Assembly: GCF_024700885.2 (NCBI RefSeq)
Contig: NZ_CP117016.1
DNA: 64,000 nt
DNA from: Escherichia coli
GTDB lineage: Bacteria; Pseudomonadota; Gammaproteobacteria; Enterobacterales; Enterobacteriaceae
Strand: one strand, 5' to 3'
The notes beneath the pieces are model-generated. The model saw only the letters and a list, made by a program, of their open reading frames with translations. It was not told the origin of the DNA and did not search any database. Positions 51,625 through 61,786 of the stretch are shown piece after piece (the stretch's first letter is position 1; every line of letters starts with the position of its first letter). The translations under genes were made by a program, and so were the position numbers.

Positions 51625-53375
51625 CAGAACTCCATAACCGTGAAACGCTCGTTTTCTCCTTCGCCGCCAATTGGTTCGTTAATGACAGCAAGCATGGTTG
51701 CCCACGCAAGGTCGCCGTGGCTGATCCCCCTCGCGCGGTCCGTTTCGTAAGTGATAAAGCCGCCCGGTGTTTTCACCTTACGCACGGCGTTAAAGGCCGC
51801 GACCAGCTCGCGTTCGGCGCGATCGTATTCCCACCGCCCGGCACGCATTATTTGCAGCATTTTCAGTACCAGCGACCGTTTTGATGACAGCGTGAAGGTG
51901 TACGGAATAGCGGCAGGGAAAAACCGTTTCACTATCTGATAAACAGCCTCCCCGTTCCCGCCCGTCACATCAATGCCGATGTGTTCCACGTTGTAGCGAC
52001 ACGTGAACTCTTCAATGACTCTGGCCTGTTCTTCAAACTCCAGCCCCTGAACGCGTCGCGTCTCCACCGTTCGAAAACGGCCACCAGGAACAGACGGAGG
52101 AACCACCACGGACACAGCGCCGCTGTCGCCGTTGCCACTGCTGCCGTTTGCGTCATACCCAATCCATACCGGACGATTCCCCATCGGGCGGGGAGCAAAA
52201 GGTTTCCAGTCTTTCCAGTCGTCGTATCCGTCAACACCGCAGCCAATCAGGATATTCAGGTTAAATGCCGATTCCCCTTCGCGGACAAACTCACACATAT
52301 AGAGATTGAGGAACTCGTCTTCGGTGTTTTCATCACGAATTTCGTCGATATCGGTGTGTTCCCAGCCGTGATTAACCACATCTTCCAGCGTGACAATTTG
52401 CCGCCACGTCCGGTCAGGGCAGATAAGCCCGTTATGCAGCGTTTTCCAGTCCACAGAAAAACGCTGGCGTTTATGCGTGGCCTTTTTCTCGTTCCAGCGG
52501 TCGCCGTTCCAGTAGGCGTATGCCTCGTGCGTTTCGGTGGATGGCGTGGAGAAGTAGGTGCGCCGCAGTCCGCTGAGGGTTGCCATAGCGCCAGCCACCT
52601 TGCGCAGTTCAGCAAAGCGACTGACCCAGAAAAATTCATCAAAATAAAAATTGCCCGTATAGGACTGTGCCGACGCAGCAGAAGTGCCGAGAAAATGCAG
52701 CTCTGCGCCGTTGGAGAGGATGATTTTATCGCCCCCTTTCAGCTCCACATCAACTTCAGCCGCGGCCTTCTGAATAATGCTTTTAAACTGGAACGCCTGA
52801 CGACGCGACGCAGACAAAAAAATCTGGTTACGCTGGTAAGGTTGCGCCACATCGTCACGCAGCGCCATCAGCAGCGCTTCCTGTGCAAAATACCAGGTCG
52901 CCCCAATCTGTCGGGATTTCAGGATCATCCTGTTACGTATCCCTGCTTCCCTGCAAAGGGTCAGGGAGTCAAACCAGCCCCGCTGATGCCACTCCAGCCT
53001 GCTGATGATTTTTTCCCGCAGTGCGGCAATCTGTTCCGGCGTGAAATGATTTTTAAGCTTTTTCGCCCGGCCTTTCTTTCCTGTGGCCGTCGCATCCGGC
53101 TGGCCATCATGCAGTTTTTTAAGCTGCCGGGTCAGCAGGTCTATTTCCTTGAAGTCACCACCTGTTTTATTCTGTTTTTCAGTGAGCTGGATGAGGCGCG
53201 CATCGATGGACTGCGTGACACGCTGCACGGGTGGCGTTTCATCCCACTGGTCGCGTTTTTTCCACGCATAAATCGTGTTCGGGTTTATTCCCATCAGACG
53301 TGATATTTCTGCGGGCGGATAACCCTGCCAGTAAAGTTGCCGCGCACGCTGGCGCACAAAAGCGTCCTGAATCAT
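51624..53375 (-). CDS. terminase large (ATPase) subunit (P2 gpP-like)
   Basis: 583 aa; P2 late-operon synteny, divergent from O-N-M-L. Confidence 0.8.
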   Translation of the reverse strand: MIQDAFVRQRARQLYWQGYPPAEISRLMGINPNTIYAWKKRDQWDETPPVQRVTQSIDARLIQLTEKQNKTGGDFKEIDLLTRQLKKLHDGQPDATATGKKGRAKKLKNHFTPEQIAALREKIISRLEWHQRGWFDSLTLCREAGIRNRMILKSRQIGATWYFAQEALLMALRDDVAQPYQRNQIFLSASRRQAFQFKSIIQKAAAEVDVELKGGDKIILSNGAELHFLGTSAASAQSYTGNFYFDEFFWVSRFAELRKVAGAMATLSGLRRTYFSTPSTETHEAYAYWNGDRWNEKKATHKRQRFSVDWKTLHNGLICPDRTWRQIVTLEDVVNHGWEHTDIDEIRDENTEDEFLNLYMCEFVREGESAFNLNILIGCGVDGYDDWKDWKPFAPRPMGNRPVWIGYDANGSSGNGDSGAVSVVVPPSVPGGRFRTVETRRVQGLEFEEQARVIEEFTCRYNVEHIGIDVTGGNGEAVYQIVKRFFPAAIPYTFTLSSKRSLVLKMLQIMRAGRWEYDRAERELVAAFNAVRKVKTPGGFITYETDRARGISHGDLAWATMLAVINEPIGGEGENERFTVMEF

Positions 53376-53529
53376 TGCTCCCCCTGAGTAATTACAGGAA
53401 GATTACCCGCGCGCGAAACTGTTCTCCTTAACCCCCTGTTCTGGCCGTTTTCTTACAACAAAAGCCCTTTGTATCAGCCTGTTACGCTTTGCCATCATGA
53501 CTGAAGAACCAGTCAGAGGGGCAAAAACT

Positions 53530-54366
53530 ATGGCTAATGAAAAAAAGACATCCCGCAAAAAGTTTCGCGTGGCTGTCTCCGGTGTAACGGCAGACGGGCG
53601 CGAAATCAACGGCGACATGCTGAAAGCTGCCGCCACCAGTTATAACCCGTCCGTTTATGGTGCACGTGTGAATATTGAGCACATCCTGTCACCACTCCCC
53701 GGTAGCGAGTTTTCCGCTATGGGCGATGTTGTGGGGTTGAGCACCGAAGACATAACCGATGGCCCGCTGGCAGGCCGCACGGCACTGTATGCCGAAATTG
53801 AGCCGACCGCTCGCATGATGTCCCTGCTTAACGATGGTAAAAAAATTTACTCCAGTATTGAGCTGGAACCACAGTCAACCATCACGGGAGGCCCTTACCT
53901 GCGCGGGCTGGCAATGACCGACACCCCTGCCAGCCTGGGCACGGAACGTCTGGCCTTTGCGGCACAACAACGTATGCAACTGATGACATTCAACTGTCAG
54001 CAGGGAGACGTGGCGATGTTTACCGCCGCTATGGAGTCAGAACTTATCGAACTCACCGAACAACGTCAGGAAGAAGGCACCCAGTGGTTTAACCGCGTTA
54101 TGGGGATTATTGGCCGTGGCCGCAAAGCGGATGACGCCAGTTTCTCCCGTATTCAGGAAGCGGTGGAAGGTGTCGCAACGTCACAGGCCGACATTATCGA
54201 CCGTTTTAATGCGCTGGAAACCCGCCATCAGCAGGACAGCCAGAAAATCACTTTACTGACCACAGAGCTGACAGCACTGAAGGAAAAACTGCGCACGCAG
54301 GACGGCGATCCGCAGAACCGGTTCACCGCAACGGGCGCAGCCTCCGATCAACTGGCTGACTTCTGA
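53530..54366 (+). CDS. capsid scaffolding protein (P2 gpO-like)
   Basis: From MANEKKTSRKKFRVAVSGVTADGREI; resembles recalled P2 gpO (FRIGVEGDTCDGRVI…LAVTDDPASLGTE…). Confidence 0.8.
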   Translation: MANEKKTSRKKFRVAVSGVTADGREINGDMLKAAATSYNPSVYGARVNIEHILSPLPGSEFSAMGDVVGLSTEDITDGPLAGRTALYAEIEPTARMMSLLNDGKKIYSSIELEPQSTITGGPYLRGLAMTDTPASLGTERLAFAAQQRMQLMTFNCQQGDVAMFTAAMESELIELTEQRQEEGTQWFNRVMGIIGRGRKADDASFSRIQEAVEGVATSQADIIDRFNALETRHQQDSQKITLLTTELTALKEKLRTQDGDPQNRFTATGAASDQLADF

Positions 54367-54389
54367 TAAGACAAAGGAGCAAATTTTTT

Positions 54390-55442
54390 ATGAATCTGGT
54401 GATGTCAGATATTACCCGCAACAAGCTGGGTTGCTATATGGCGCAGCAGGCGTCGCTTAACAACATCCCGGTATCTGCACTGGTATCGCGATTTACCGTG
54501 GAACCCTCGGTGCAGCAGCGTTTTGAAAACGCAGTAAAGGAGAGCACTGAATTTACAAAAAAAATTAACGTGTTCGGTGTGACCGACCAGAAAGGCGAAA
54601 AAATCCTCCTGGACACCACCGGGCCGATTGCGCGCACGAATACCAGTTATGACGGCACAAAACGCCGTAACCCGAATAACGTGGTTGATCTGAAAAACCG
54701 CAAATATCAGTGCGAACAGGTGAACTACGACACGTTTATTTCGTATCCGCAGCTTGATGCCTGGGCGGCACACCCTGATTTTCAGTCACGCGTCAGCACA
54801 CAGATTGCCCGGCAGGTGGCGCTTGACCGCATCATGATCGGTTTCAACGGCACGTCTCACGCAGATGAGTCCAACTTCAGCACCAACAAGCTGCTTCAGG
54901 ACGTTAACGTGGGATGGCTGGAGCACATCAGAACCGACGCCAGCGAGCGCGTAATGAATGACGTGACGCTGACCTCCCGCAACATGGACAACACCGTGGC
55001 GCACGCGGGTAAGTATGCGAACGCTGATGCACTGGTACAGGACGCGCGCTCATCCCTGCTGGATGAATGGCACAAGGAAGCTGACGACCTCGTGGTGATT
55101 ATGGGGCGCAACCTGTTTAACTCGCTGCGTCTGCCCGTGCTGAACAGCATCAGCGGCCAGAATCCCAATGCGGAATTACTTGCCGGACAGCTCATCCTGT
55201 CATCGCGCGCCATTGGCGGACTGGATGTATTCCTTGCGCCGTTCTTCCCGGATTCAACGATGCTGATCACCTCGTTCAACAACCTGTCGATTTACTGGCA
55301 GAAAGGAACAATGCGTCGCCTGATGAAAGACGAGCCGGAATACAACCGCATCGCCACCTACCAGTCCATCAATGACGCTTATGTCGTTGAAGACTATGGC
55401 AAGTGCGCGATGGTCACTGGCCTGAAGTTCGCCGACAGCTAA
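54390..55442 (+). CDS. major capsid protein (P2 gpN-like)
   Basis: 350 aa; collinear motifs with recalled P2 gpN (FTVEPSV, MIGFNG, GWL, YVVEDY). Confidence 0.85.
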   Translation: MNLVMSDITRNKLGCYMAQQASLNNIPVSALVSRFTVEPSVQQRFENAVKESTEFTKKINVFGVTDQKGEKILLDTTGPIARTNTSYDGTKRRNPNNVVDLKNRKYQCEQVNYDTFISYPQLDAWAAHPDFQSRVSTQIARQVALDRIMIGFNGTSHADESNFSTNKLLQDVNVGWLEHIRTDASERVMNDVTLTSRNMDNTVAHAGKYANADALVQDARSSLLDEWHKEADDLVVIMGRNLFNSLRLPVLNSISGQNPNAELLAGQLILSSRAIGGLDVFLAPFFPDSTMLITSFNNLSIYWQKGTMRRLMKDEPEYNRIATYQSINDAYVVEDYGKCAMVTGLKFADS

Positions 55443-55487
55443 TCAACTCACGGCGGGCATCATGCCCGCCTGTAACGGAGAGAAAAA

Positions 55488-56288
55488 ATGATTACTCCTG
55501 CACAGCAACACTGGCAGAACGTGATGGCACAGCGCGCAGGCCGGGCGAATGAAGGCGTGGACCACGCCGCGCGTACCGCGCATGAAGAGGTGCTGTATCG
55601 TCTGCGTCTGGCACAGGCCCGACTTAAGGGCGTACAGGCCAGAAGCGCGAAAGCCGCCATCAAAAAAGAGTTGTTGCCGGACTTTTCCGGCTGGATTGAG
55701 GGAACGCTGGAGGCTGACGGCGGGCAGCAGGATGAAGTGATTGCCACGCTGATGGTGTGGGCAATTGACTGCGGCGATCTTCCGCTGGCGCTGCGTATTG
55801 GTGCGTATGTGGTCCGTCACAACCTCATCATGCCGGATAACTTTGGCCGTACTGCTGCCACGGTACTGACCGAAGAAATCTGCAACCCGGTACTGACGCA
55901 GGCCGGGACGGATGCCGACGCGGATTTGTCCGCCTTTATCGAACCACTGGACACACTTTGGGAAATTGTCGCCAACCAGGATATGCCGGACGAAGTGCGC
56001 GCCAAATTATGCAAGGCGTGCGCCTTTGCCCGCCGTAGCCTGAGCGATGCGGACAGCATGGCCTCATCACTGAAGCTGCTGCGCGAAGCGATGCACCTGA
56101 ACCCGAACGCAGGTGTGAAACGCGAGATTGCAACCCTTTCCCGCGCTCTGAAAAAAGCCGATTCCGCAGCCGCACCAGAAGATGCCAGCACACCGCAGGC
56201 GCAGAACGAAAGCAGCAAAAGTAAAAAGACAACGCGGAAGCCTGCAACACGAAAAACCACCGCGACGCAGAAGGCGAAGCGCGGTTAA
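55488..56288 (+). CDS. terminase small subunit (P2 gpM-like)
   Basis: 266 aa; shares KKELLP and MPDEVRAKL with recalled P2 gpM; basic C-terminal tail. Confidence 0.8.
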   Translation: MITPAQQHWQNVMAQRAGRANEGVDHAARTAHEEVLYRLRLAQARLKGVQARSAKAAIKKELLPDFSGWIEGTLEADGGQQDEVIATLMVWAIDCGDLPLALRIGAYVVRHNLIMPDNFGRTAATVLTEEICNPVLTQAGTDADADLSAFIEPLDTLWEIVANQDMPDEVRAKLCKACAFARRSLSDADSMASSLKLLREAMHLNPNAGVKREIATLSRALKKADSAAAPEDASTPQAQNESSKSKKTTRKPATRKTTATQKAKRG

Positions 56289-56380
56289 CGACTGACCCCG
56301 TCAGCGGGCGGCGTGCGCGGTGTTCCGGTTTGACTCCGTGACCGTTTACACCGCGCACCCACCGCCCGATTTTTTCAGGA

Positions 56381-56884
56381 GTGAACCCCATGAGTATGGT
56401 TGCCAGAACCAACCCCGGCCCCGCAGAGGACGACATCACCGATACCGATGATGGTGATACCCGTATTTCAGCGGGTGCATTCTGGCCGGATATTGTGCTG
56501 CGTGAGCTGCGTCTGGCGGTACGACTGCCGGGGCGCGTGACCACCTCCCGCCTGCTGCATACCGCCACCGGGGCCGTGGCACACGTTACCCGCGAGCTGG
56601 AAGCGTGGCAGCAGGAACAGCAGGCGGCTGGCCATCAGACGCTGGCCGATGTTCCGGCACCCGTAATTAACGGAGAAAGCGTCAATCTCTGGCGCTGGCG
56701 CAATGCTGTTTATACCGCCACACGCGCCCTGATTCTGGAGCGTTACCGCGATGCGGACACAACGGACAAGGGCGACCGCCGGGCGGACGCACTGGATATA
56801 CAGACATCGGATTTGTGGCGCGATGTGAGCTGGGCCATCTCTGACATTCTGTGCCGCCCGCGAATCTTTGCGGAGTTGTGCTGA
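56381..56884 (+). CDS. head completion/stabilisation protein (P2 gpL-like)
   Basis: About 165 aa; resembles recalled P2 gpL (LADVPA...GES...LWRDMRWA). Confidence 0.75.
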   Translation: MNPMSMVARTNPGPAEDDITDTDDGDTRISAGAFWPDIVLRELRLAVRLPGRVTTSRLLHTATGAVAHVTRELEAWQQEQQAAGHQTLADVPAPVINGESVNLWRWRNAVYTATRALILERYRDADTTDKGDRRADALDIQTSDLWRDVSWAISDILCRPRIFAELC

Positions 56885-57084
56885 TGAAAGTGAAGGCACT
56901 GGAAGGCGACACCGTGGATTCGCTCTGTTTCCGGTACTACGGCACGACGCAGGGCGTCACCGAAAAGGTGCTGGATGCCAACCCCGGACTCTGTCAGCAG
57001 GTATTTCTGGACGCCGGGCAGGAAGTGGAGATGCCGGAGCCGGAGAAGAAGAAACGAGAAATGATTCAGTTGTGGGGGGAGTAG
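56884..57084 (+). CDS. tail protein X (P2 gpX-like, LysM-like)
   Basis: 66 aa from MKVKALEGDTVDSLCFRYYGTTQGVTEKVLDANPGL; resembles recalled P2 gpX (MKTFALQGDTLDAICVRYYGRTEGVVETVLAANPGL). Confidence 0.8.
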   Translation: MKVKALEGDTVDSLCFRYYGTTQGVTEKVLDANPGLCQQVFLDAGQEVEMPEPEKKKREMIQLWGE

Positions 57085-57086
57085 CA

Positions 57087-57410
57087 GTGAGCACCATTCA
57101 AACAGGGATCACAGAGCAGGTTATTGCATGGCTCTTTGACCACCTGCCAACGGTGTATGCAGTAGGCGCGGCGGTCAGCATTTCCGCGCTGATGAGTCTT
57201 TATGACGGACGAACACTGGTTCAGACCGTAACGGGATCGCTGGCGTGCGGCGTTCTTGCCATGGCCGTGGCCGGGTCGTTGCGCTTCTTCGGTTTTCCTG
57301 AAGATGCCGTGACGTTTATCGGCGCATCAATCGGTTTTATGGGGGCAGAGAAAGCACGCGACAAGGTTATTGCGGCCTTTAATCGCAGGGTGAAGGAGAA
57401 GGACGAATGA
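57087..57410 (+). CDS. putative holin
   Basis: About 107 aa from a GTG start; two hydrophobic helices and a charged C-terminus (RRVKEKDE); sits immediately upstream of the endolysin. Confidence 0.5.
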   Translation: MSTIQTGITEQVIAWLFDHLPTVYAVGAAVSISALMSLYDGRTLVQTVTGSLACGVLAMAVAGSLRFFGFPEDAVTFIGASIGFMGAEKARDKVIAAFNRRVKEKDE

Positions 57411-57799
57411 GCAACACATTTAAATTCAGCAGCCGGAGCGAAAAGAATTTGCAGGGCGTAAATCCTGATCTGGTGAAAGTGACCCGACGGGCACTGGAAA
57501 TTTCGGAAGTGGATTTTGGTATCACCGAAGGGTTGCGCAGCCGTTACCGCCAGAAGCAACTTGTGGCCACAGGTAAGAGCCAGACCATGAACAGCCGCCA
57601 CCTTACGGGACATGCCGTGGATGTTGTGGCTTATATCGGCAGCCAGGTGTCATGGGAATGGCCGCTGTACGAAAAAATCGCAGCCGCATTCAGACAGGCC
57701 AGCCGGGAACTGAATATTCCGGTGGAATGGGGCGGCGACTGGAAGACCCTGAAAGACGGACCGCATTTTCAGTTACCACACGGAGCCTATCCGGCATGA
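57407..57799 (+). CDS. endolysin, peptidase-M15-like zinc peptidase
   Basis: 130 aa; His/Asp zinc-site pattern (HLTGHAVD...DGPHFQ) typical of L-Ala-D-Glu peptidase endolysins; P2 K is a lysozyme, so this is a module replacement. Confidence 0.7.
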   Translation: MSNTFKFSSRSEKNLQGVNPDLVKVTRRALEISEVDFGITEGLRSRYRQKQLVATGKSQTMNSRHLTGHAVDVVAYIGSQVSWEWPLYEKIAAAFRQASRELNIPVEWGGDWKTLKDGPHFQLPHGAYPA

Positions 57800-58203
57800 A
57801 GCTCTGGCCAACGCTTGGCGTCGCTTTCCTTCTGATTGTCGGATGGGGAACATCCATGCGTCTGTCATGGTCGCTGGGCCGGGAGAACGCCAGAAACGAA
57901 GCGCAGGCCAGCACCCTGAAACGTACCGCCGACACCCTGAATATCATCAGCGCCGGGGTACAGGATATGCAGCAGGTGCTGGCGCAACTCCGCGTGGAAA
58001 ATCAGCAACGCAATCAGGACGGAGAGGCAAGACGTGAACAGCTACGCAACGATATTGCAAAAGATGAATGCGCCCACGCTTTGCCTGACGCTCGTTTTAC
58101 TGACAGGCTGCGCAGGCACGCAGAACGCGCTACGGCCAGCGCCGTCAGTCCGGCTTATACCGCAGACGCTGACCATACCGGTAACGCCTCCCCCCTTCCC
58201 TGA
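57796..58203 (+). CDS. i-spanin (Rz/LysB-like)
   Basis: From MKLWPTLGVAFLLIVGW; N-terminal TM then coiled coil; ATGA-coupled to the endolysin. Confidence 0.65.
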   Translation: MKLWPTLGVAFLLIVGWGTSMRLSWSLGRENARNEAQASTLKRTADTLNIISAGVQDMQQVLAQLRVENQQRNQDGEARREQLRNDIAKDECAHALPDARFTDRLRRHAERATASAVSPAYTADADHTGNASPLP

Positions 58204-58354
58204 CACTCCCACATGGGGAAATCTCGGTATATGGGGCGACCGCCTTCTGGATGCACTGGAAACCTGTAACGCGGATAAACGGGCCATTGAATTACTGGAA
58301 CAGCGCAGGCTGCAACGACTGAACAACGAGGACAACAACCATGCTGAAAACTGA
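58064..58354 (+). CDS. o-spanin lipoprotein (Rz1/LysC-like), overlapping the i-spanin in the +1 frame
   Basis: From MNAPTLCLTLVLLTGC (lipobox LTGC), Pro-rich; overlapping architecture like P2 lysB/lysC. Confidence 0.6.
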   Translation: MNAPTLCLTLVLLTGCAGTQNALRPAPSVRLIPQTLTIPVTPPPFPDTPTWGNLGIWGDRLLDALETCNADKRAIELLEQRRLQRLNNEDNNHAEN

Positions 58355-58808
58355 TTCCCTGCGTGAAGCCATGACCCGTTCATGCCGATGGTGTCAGGCC
58401 AACCCGGAAAAATTCACCATTTTCGTGGAGAGCGGCAACATTGAAACGACCGGAGAAACGCCCTCGTTTGTTTACCGCTATCAGATGGTGATGTTTGTCA
58501 TGGATTACGCCGGGGAGCTGGACGACCTCACGTTGCCGCTACTGGCGTGGTTATCCGAAAATCAGCCACAGTTGTTGCTCAATCCGGAGCGTAATCAGGA
58601 CATCAAATTTTCCGCCGTTATCAATGACGATGACAGCGCCGATCTCCTGTTTACGCTCCCCCTGCGGGAACGCGTTCGCATTACGCGCAACAGTCAGGGC
58701 ACACCGCAGGCAGAACACCTGCCGGAGCCAAAACCCCGTCTGCCCTCTTCCGAAGGCGACTGGTCACATGTATTCCAGGATGTGACGTGGGGTGAAAGCG
58801 ATGGATAA
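58341..58808 (+). CDS. tail completion protein (P2 gpR-like)
   Basis: 155 aa; position after the lysis genes as in P2. Confidence 0.7.
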   Translation: MLKTDSLREAMTRSCRWCQANPEKFTIFVESGNIETTGETPSFVYRYQMVMFVMDYAGELDDLTLPLLAWLSENQPQLLLNPERNQDIKFSAVINDDDSADLLFTLPLRERVRITRNSQGTPQAEHLPEPKPRLPSSEGDWSHVFQDVTWGESDG

Positions 58809-59436
58809 GGCATTCACCCGTGTGGATGAAACCTTTGAGGCCATCCGCGACAGCCTGAATCAGCAGGCCATCAATAACATCGCCAGAAAGCTGGCACAGG
58901 ATTTACGCCGCGCCCAGCAGGCACGTATCCGGTCACAGAAAGCGCCGGACGGGACCGCGTGGACACCTCGCAGACGCCGCGTAACCCGGATACAGGAGCG
59001 CATTCGCTTTATCTGGAATAACGAAGCACGCACGCTGAAAAACTGGCATCACGACACGGGGAAATACGGGCGAACCATTACCGGGTGGGATGAGGATAAA
59101 AACAATATCCGCACGTTTTACCGGGATGACATCGACCGTTTTCTGGAAATACGCACCCGGCGCATCAACCAGGACAGCACAAAGCGCGTCCCCATGTTCG
59201 TAAAACTGCGCACCGCCCGCTACCTGAAAGCCCGTGCAGATGCTTCCGGTGTGACGGTGGGTTACAGCGGCGTGGCCGCACGTATTGCACGCGTTCATCA
59301 GTTCGGTGAGCGCGATCAGGTTGCGCCGGGCATTTTCACCGATTACTCGGTACGTGAGCTGCTGGGTATCAGCCTGGCAGATGAACGCCTGATTTATAAC
59401 ACGGTGCTGGGCCGGATTGCGGAGGCTGTACGGTGA
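58801..59436 (+). CDS. tail completion protein (P2 gpS position)
   Basis: About 211 aa; late-operon synteny. Confidence 0.6.
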   Translation: MDKAFTRVDETFEAIRDSLNQQAINNIARKLAQDLRRAQQARIRSQKAPDGTAWTPRRRRVTRIQERIRFIWNNEARTLKNWHHDTGKYGRTITGWDEDKNNIRTFYRDDIDRFLEIRTRRINQDSTKRVPMFVKLRTARYLKARADASGVTVGYSGVAARIARVHQFGERDQVAPGIFTDYSVRELLGISLADERLIYNTVLGRIAEAVR

Positions 59437-60014
59437 GCGCAGAACTCATGCGACTGCTGAGCAACATCATCCGCACCGGGATCATCTCTGAAGTTGATGA
59501 GGAATCCTGGTGCGTGCGCGTTCGCAGCGGCGAACTGGAAACAGGCTGGTTGCGCTGGAACACCACGCGCGCGGGAGCCTTCAATGTGTGGCTGCCGCCA
59601 TCACCAGGCGAACAGGTGGTAATTGCCTGCATTGGCGGCAACCCGGAAACCGCCATGATAATTGGCAGCCTGTGGAGTGATGCCATTCCGGCCCCCGGCA
59701 AAAGCCTGAAAGAAATCGTGGTCAGCGCGCCGGATGGCGCGGTGTTCCGCTACGACGCGGCCGCAGGCGCACTGAGCGCCAGCGGCATGAAAACAGCCAC
59801 CCTGCAGGCATCCGTCAGCGTGACACTGGATACGCCCGTCGTGGAATGCACAGACCTTCTGAGAACGGCGACGCTTGACGTCACAAAAGGGGGAAAGATG
59901 AGCGGCAATATCACGCACAGCGGCGGCAATTTCACCTCAAACGGCATCACAGTGCATACGCATAAACACGGTGGCGTTAAAGGTGGCAGCGATTCGACAG
60001 GAGGCCCGCAGTGA
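59433..60014 (+). CDS. baseplate spike/assembly protein (P2 gpV-like)
   Basis: 193 aa; synteny V-W-J-I. Confidence 0.7.
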   Translation: MSAELMRLLSNIIRTGIISEVDEESWCVRVRSGELETGWLRWNTTRAGAFNVWLPPSPGEQVVIACIGGNPETAMIIGSLWSDAIPAPGKSLKEIVVSAPDGAVFRYDAAAGALSASGMKTATLQASVSVTLDTPVVECTDLLRTATLDVTKGGKMSGNITHSGGNFTSNGITVHTHKHGGVKGGSDSTGGPQ

Positions 60015-60361
60015 CAACCCGCTATACAGGAATGAACCCGGACGGAACGGGAAACCTGAACGATATGGAGCACCTGAAACAGTCAGTCAAGGACATCCTG
60101 ACCACCCCGCTGGCAAGCCGGGTTATGCGACGGGAATATGGCAGCCTTGTGCCTGATTTGATAGACGAACCCATGAATAACACCACGCGTCTGCAATGCA
60201 TGAGTGCTGCCGTGATTGCGCTGACACGATGGGAACCCCGCATTGCCCTGGATGCCATCGACGTTGTCTGGAAGGCAGGAGGCCGCGCCGGGGTGACGCT
60301 GTCGGGCACTGTCATGCAGACCATGCAGAATGTTGAATTAACCATCACGCTGAGGGAGTAA
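60011..60361 (+). CDS. baseplate wedge protein (P2 gpW-like)
   Basis: 116 aa, same size class as P2 W; synteny. Confidence 0.75.
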   Translation: MTTRYTGMNPDGTGNLNDMEHLKQSVKDILTTPLASRVMRREYGSLVPDLIDEPMNNTTRLQCMSAAVIALTRWEPRIALDAIDVVWKAGGRAGVTLSGTVMQTMQNVELTITLRE

Positions 60362-60364
60362 ATC

Positions 60365-61261
60365 ATGCCTGCCGTTGACCTTTCACAGTTACCGGAACCC
60401 GCCATCATCGCGGAGCCTGACTTTGAGGCAATTCTGGCTGACACAAAGGCCATGATGATTGCGTCCTATCCCGCCGAACAGCGTGAAGCCGTTTCCGCCG
60501 CGCTGGAGCTGGAATCGGAACCCCTTAACGTTATCGCTCAAACCATGTCGTTTCGTGAAATGCTGTTACGCCAGCGGGTCAATGAGGGTGCACGCGCCTG
60601 CATGCTAAGCCACAGCGCCGGGACAGACCTGGACAACCTCGCGGGCAATATGAACACAAAGCGCCTGGTTATCACTCCGGCAACGGATACCACCGACGCA
60701 GTGATGGAAAGTGACACCTCGCTGAGACTACGGGCGCAACGGGCATATGACGGTCTGAGTGTTGCTGGCCCGTCAGGTGCATACGAGTATTTTGCACGCA
60801 GCGCCAGCGGTCTGGTACGCGATGCGCGGGCCATCAGCCCGTCTCCGGCCAACGTGACGGTTTCCATCCTGTCCACTGAGGGCGACGGCACAGCAACGGA
60901 GGCGTTGCTTAATACCGTTCGCGCCGTTCTGAATGCAGAGCATACCCGCCCGGTGGCCGACCGCCTGACCGTACAGAGTGCCAGAATCGTGACATGGCGG
61001 CTGAATGCAAAACTGTACTTTTACCCCGGCCCGGAATCCGAACCTATTCTGGCCGCGGCGGAATCGTCATTCAGGAAGTGGCTGGCTGAACAGGGGCTTA
61101 TCGGTCAGGACGTGGCGTTGTCCGCCATTGCTGCCGCACTTCATGTACACGGCGTGCAACGCGTGGAGATAATCGAACCCACACAGAATATGGCCATCAG
61201 CGACATACAGGCGGCGCGCTGTGAGTCATTCACCATCAGCGAAGGTGGGCGTAATGAGTAA
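60365..61261 (+). CDS. baseplate protein (P2 gpJ-like)
   Basis: 298 aa; synteny. Confidence 0.75.
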   Translation: MPAVDLSQLPEPAIIAEPDFEAILADTKAMMIASYPAEQREAVSAALELESEPLNVIAQTMSFREMLLRQRVNEGARACMLSHSAGTDLDNLAGNMNTKRLVITPATDTTDAVMESDTSLRLRAQRAYDGLSVAGPSGAYEYFARSASGLVRDARAISPSPANVTVSILSTEGDGTATEALLNTVRAVLNAEHTRPVADRLTVQSARIVTWRLNAKLYFYPGPESEPILAAAESSFRKWLAEQGLIGQDVALSAIAAALHVHGVQRVEIIEPTQNMAISDIQAARCESFTISEGGRNE

Positions 61262-61784
61262 TTCACTGTTACCGCCATCAGCCAGCAGTTTCATGCGTCG
61301 TGCCGAAGCTGTCGGAACGCGCATTACAGACATCCCGGTAGACCTCAACACGCTGTGGTCGCCGGACACCTGCCCGGTGCACCTGCTGCCTTATCTCGCC
61401 TGGGCATTTTCCGTTGACCGCTGGGATCGCAACTGGCCGGAAGAGACAAAGCGACAGGTGATTCGTGATGCATGGCTGATACACCGACACAAGGGAACCA
61501 TCAGCGCACTGCGCCGGGCCATTGAGCCGCTGGGATACCTCATTCGTGTGTCTGAGTGGTGGGAGTTCGGCGGAGAACCGGGAACATTTACCGTTGAAGT
61601 GGGCACGCTGGACAGTGGCGTGACGGAGGAAATGTATCTGGAAATGGAGCGGTTGATTGCTGATGCCCGCCCGGTCAGCCGCCACATGACAGGGCTGAAT
61701 ATCATTCAGGAGATCCCGGGAGATATTTTCGCGGCGGCAGCAACTTACGACGGTGAAGTCATTACCATTTATCCGGACGATTAA
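61254..61784 (+). CDS. baseplate/tail protein (P2 gpI-like)
   Basis: 176 aa from [13 protein letters not shown]; overlaps the J stop. Confidence 0.75.
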   Translation: MSNSLLPPSASSFMRRAEAVGTRITDIPVDLNTLWSPDTCPVHLLPYLAWAFSVDRWDRNWPEETKRQVIRDAWLIHRHKGTISALRRAIEPLGYLIRVSEWWEFGGEPGTFTVEVGTLDSGVTEEMYLEMERLIADARPVSRHMTGLNIIQEIPGDIFAAAATYDGEVITIYPDD

Positions 61785-61786
61785 GC

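Noticed and set aside
51981-53303. 440-aa plus-strand ORF antisense to the terminase large subunit
   Set aside because: It overlaps a strongly supported terminase gene across nearly its full length, and its translation is Arg-rich with no recognisable domain.
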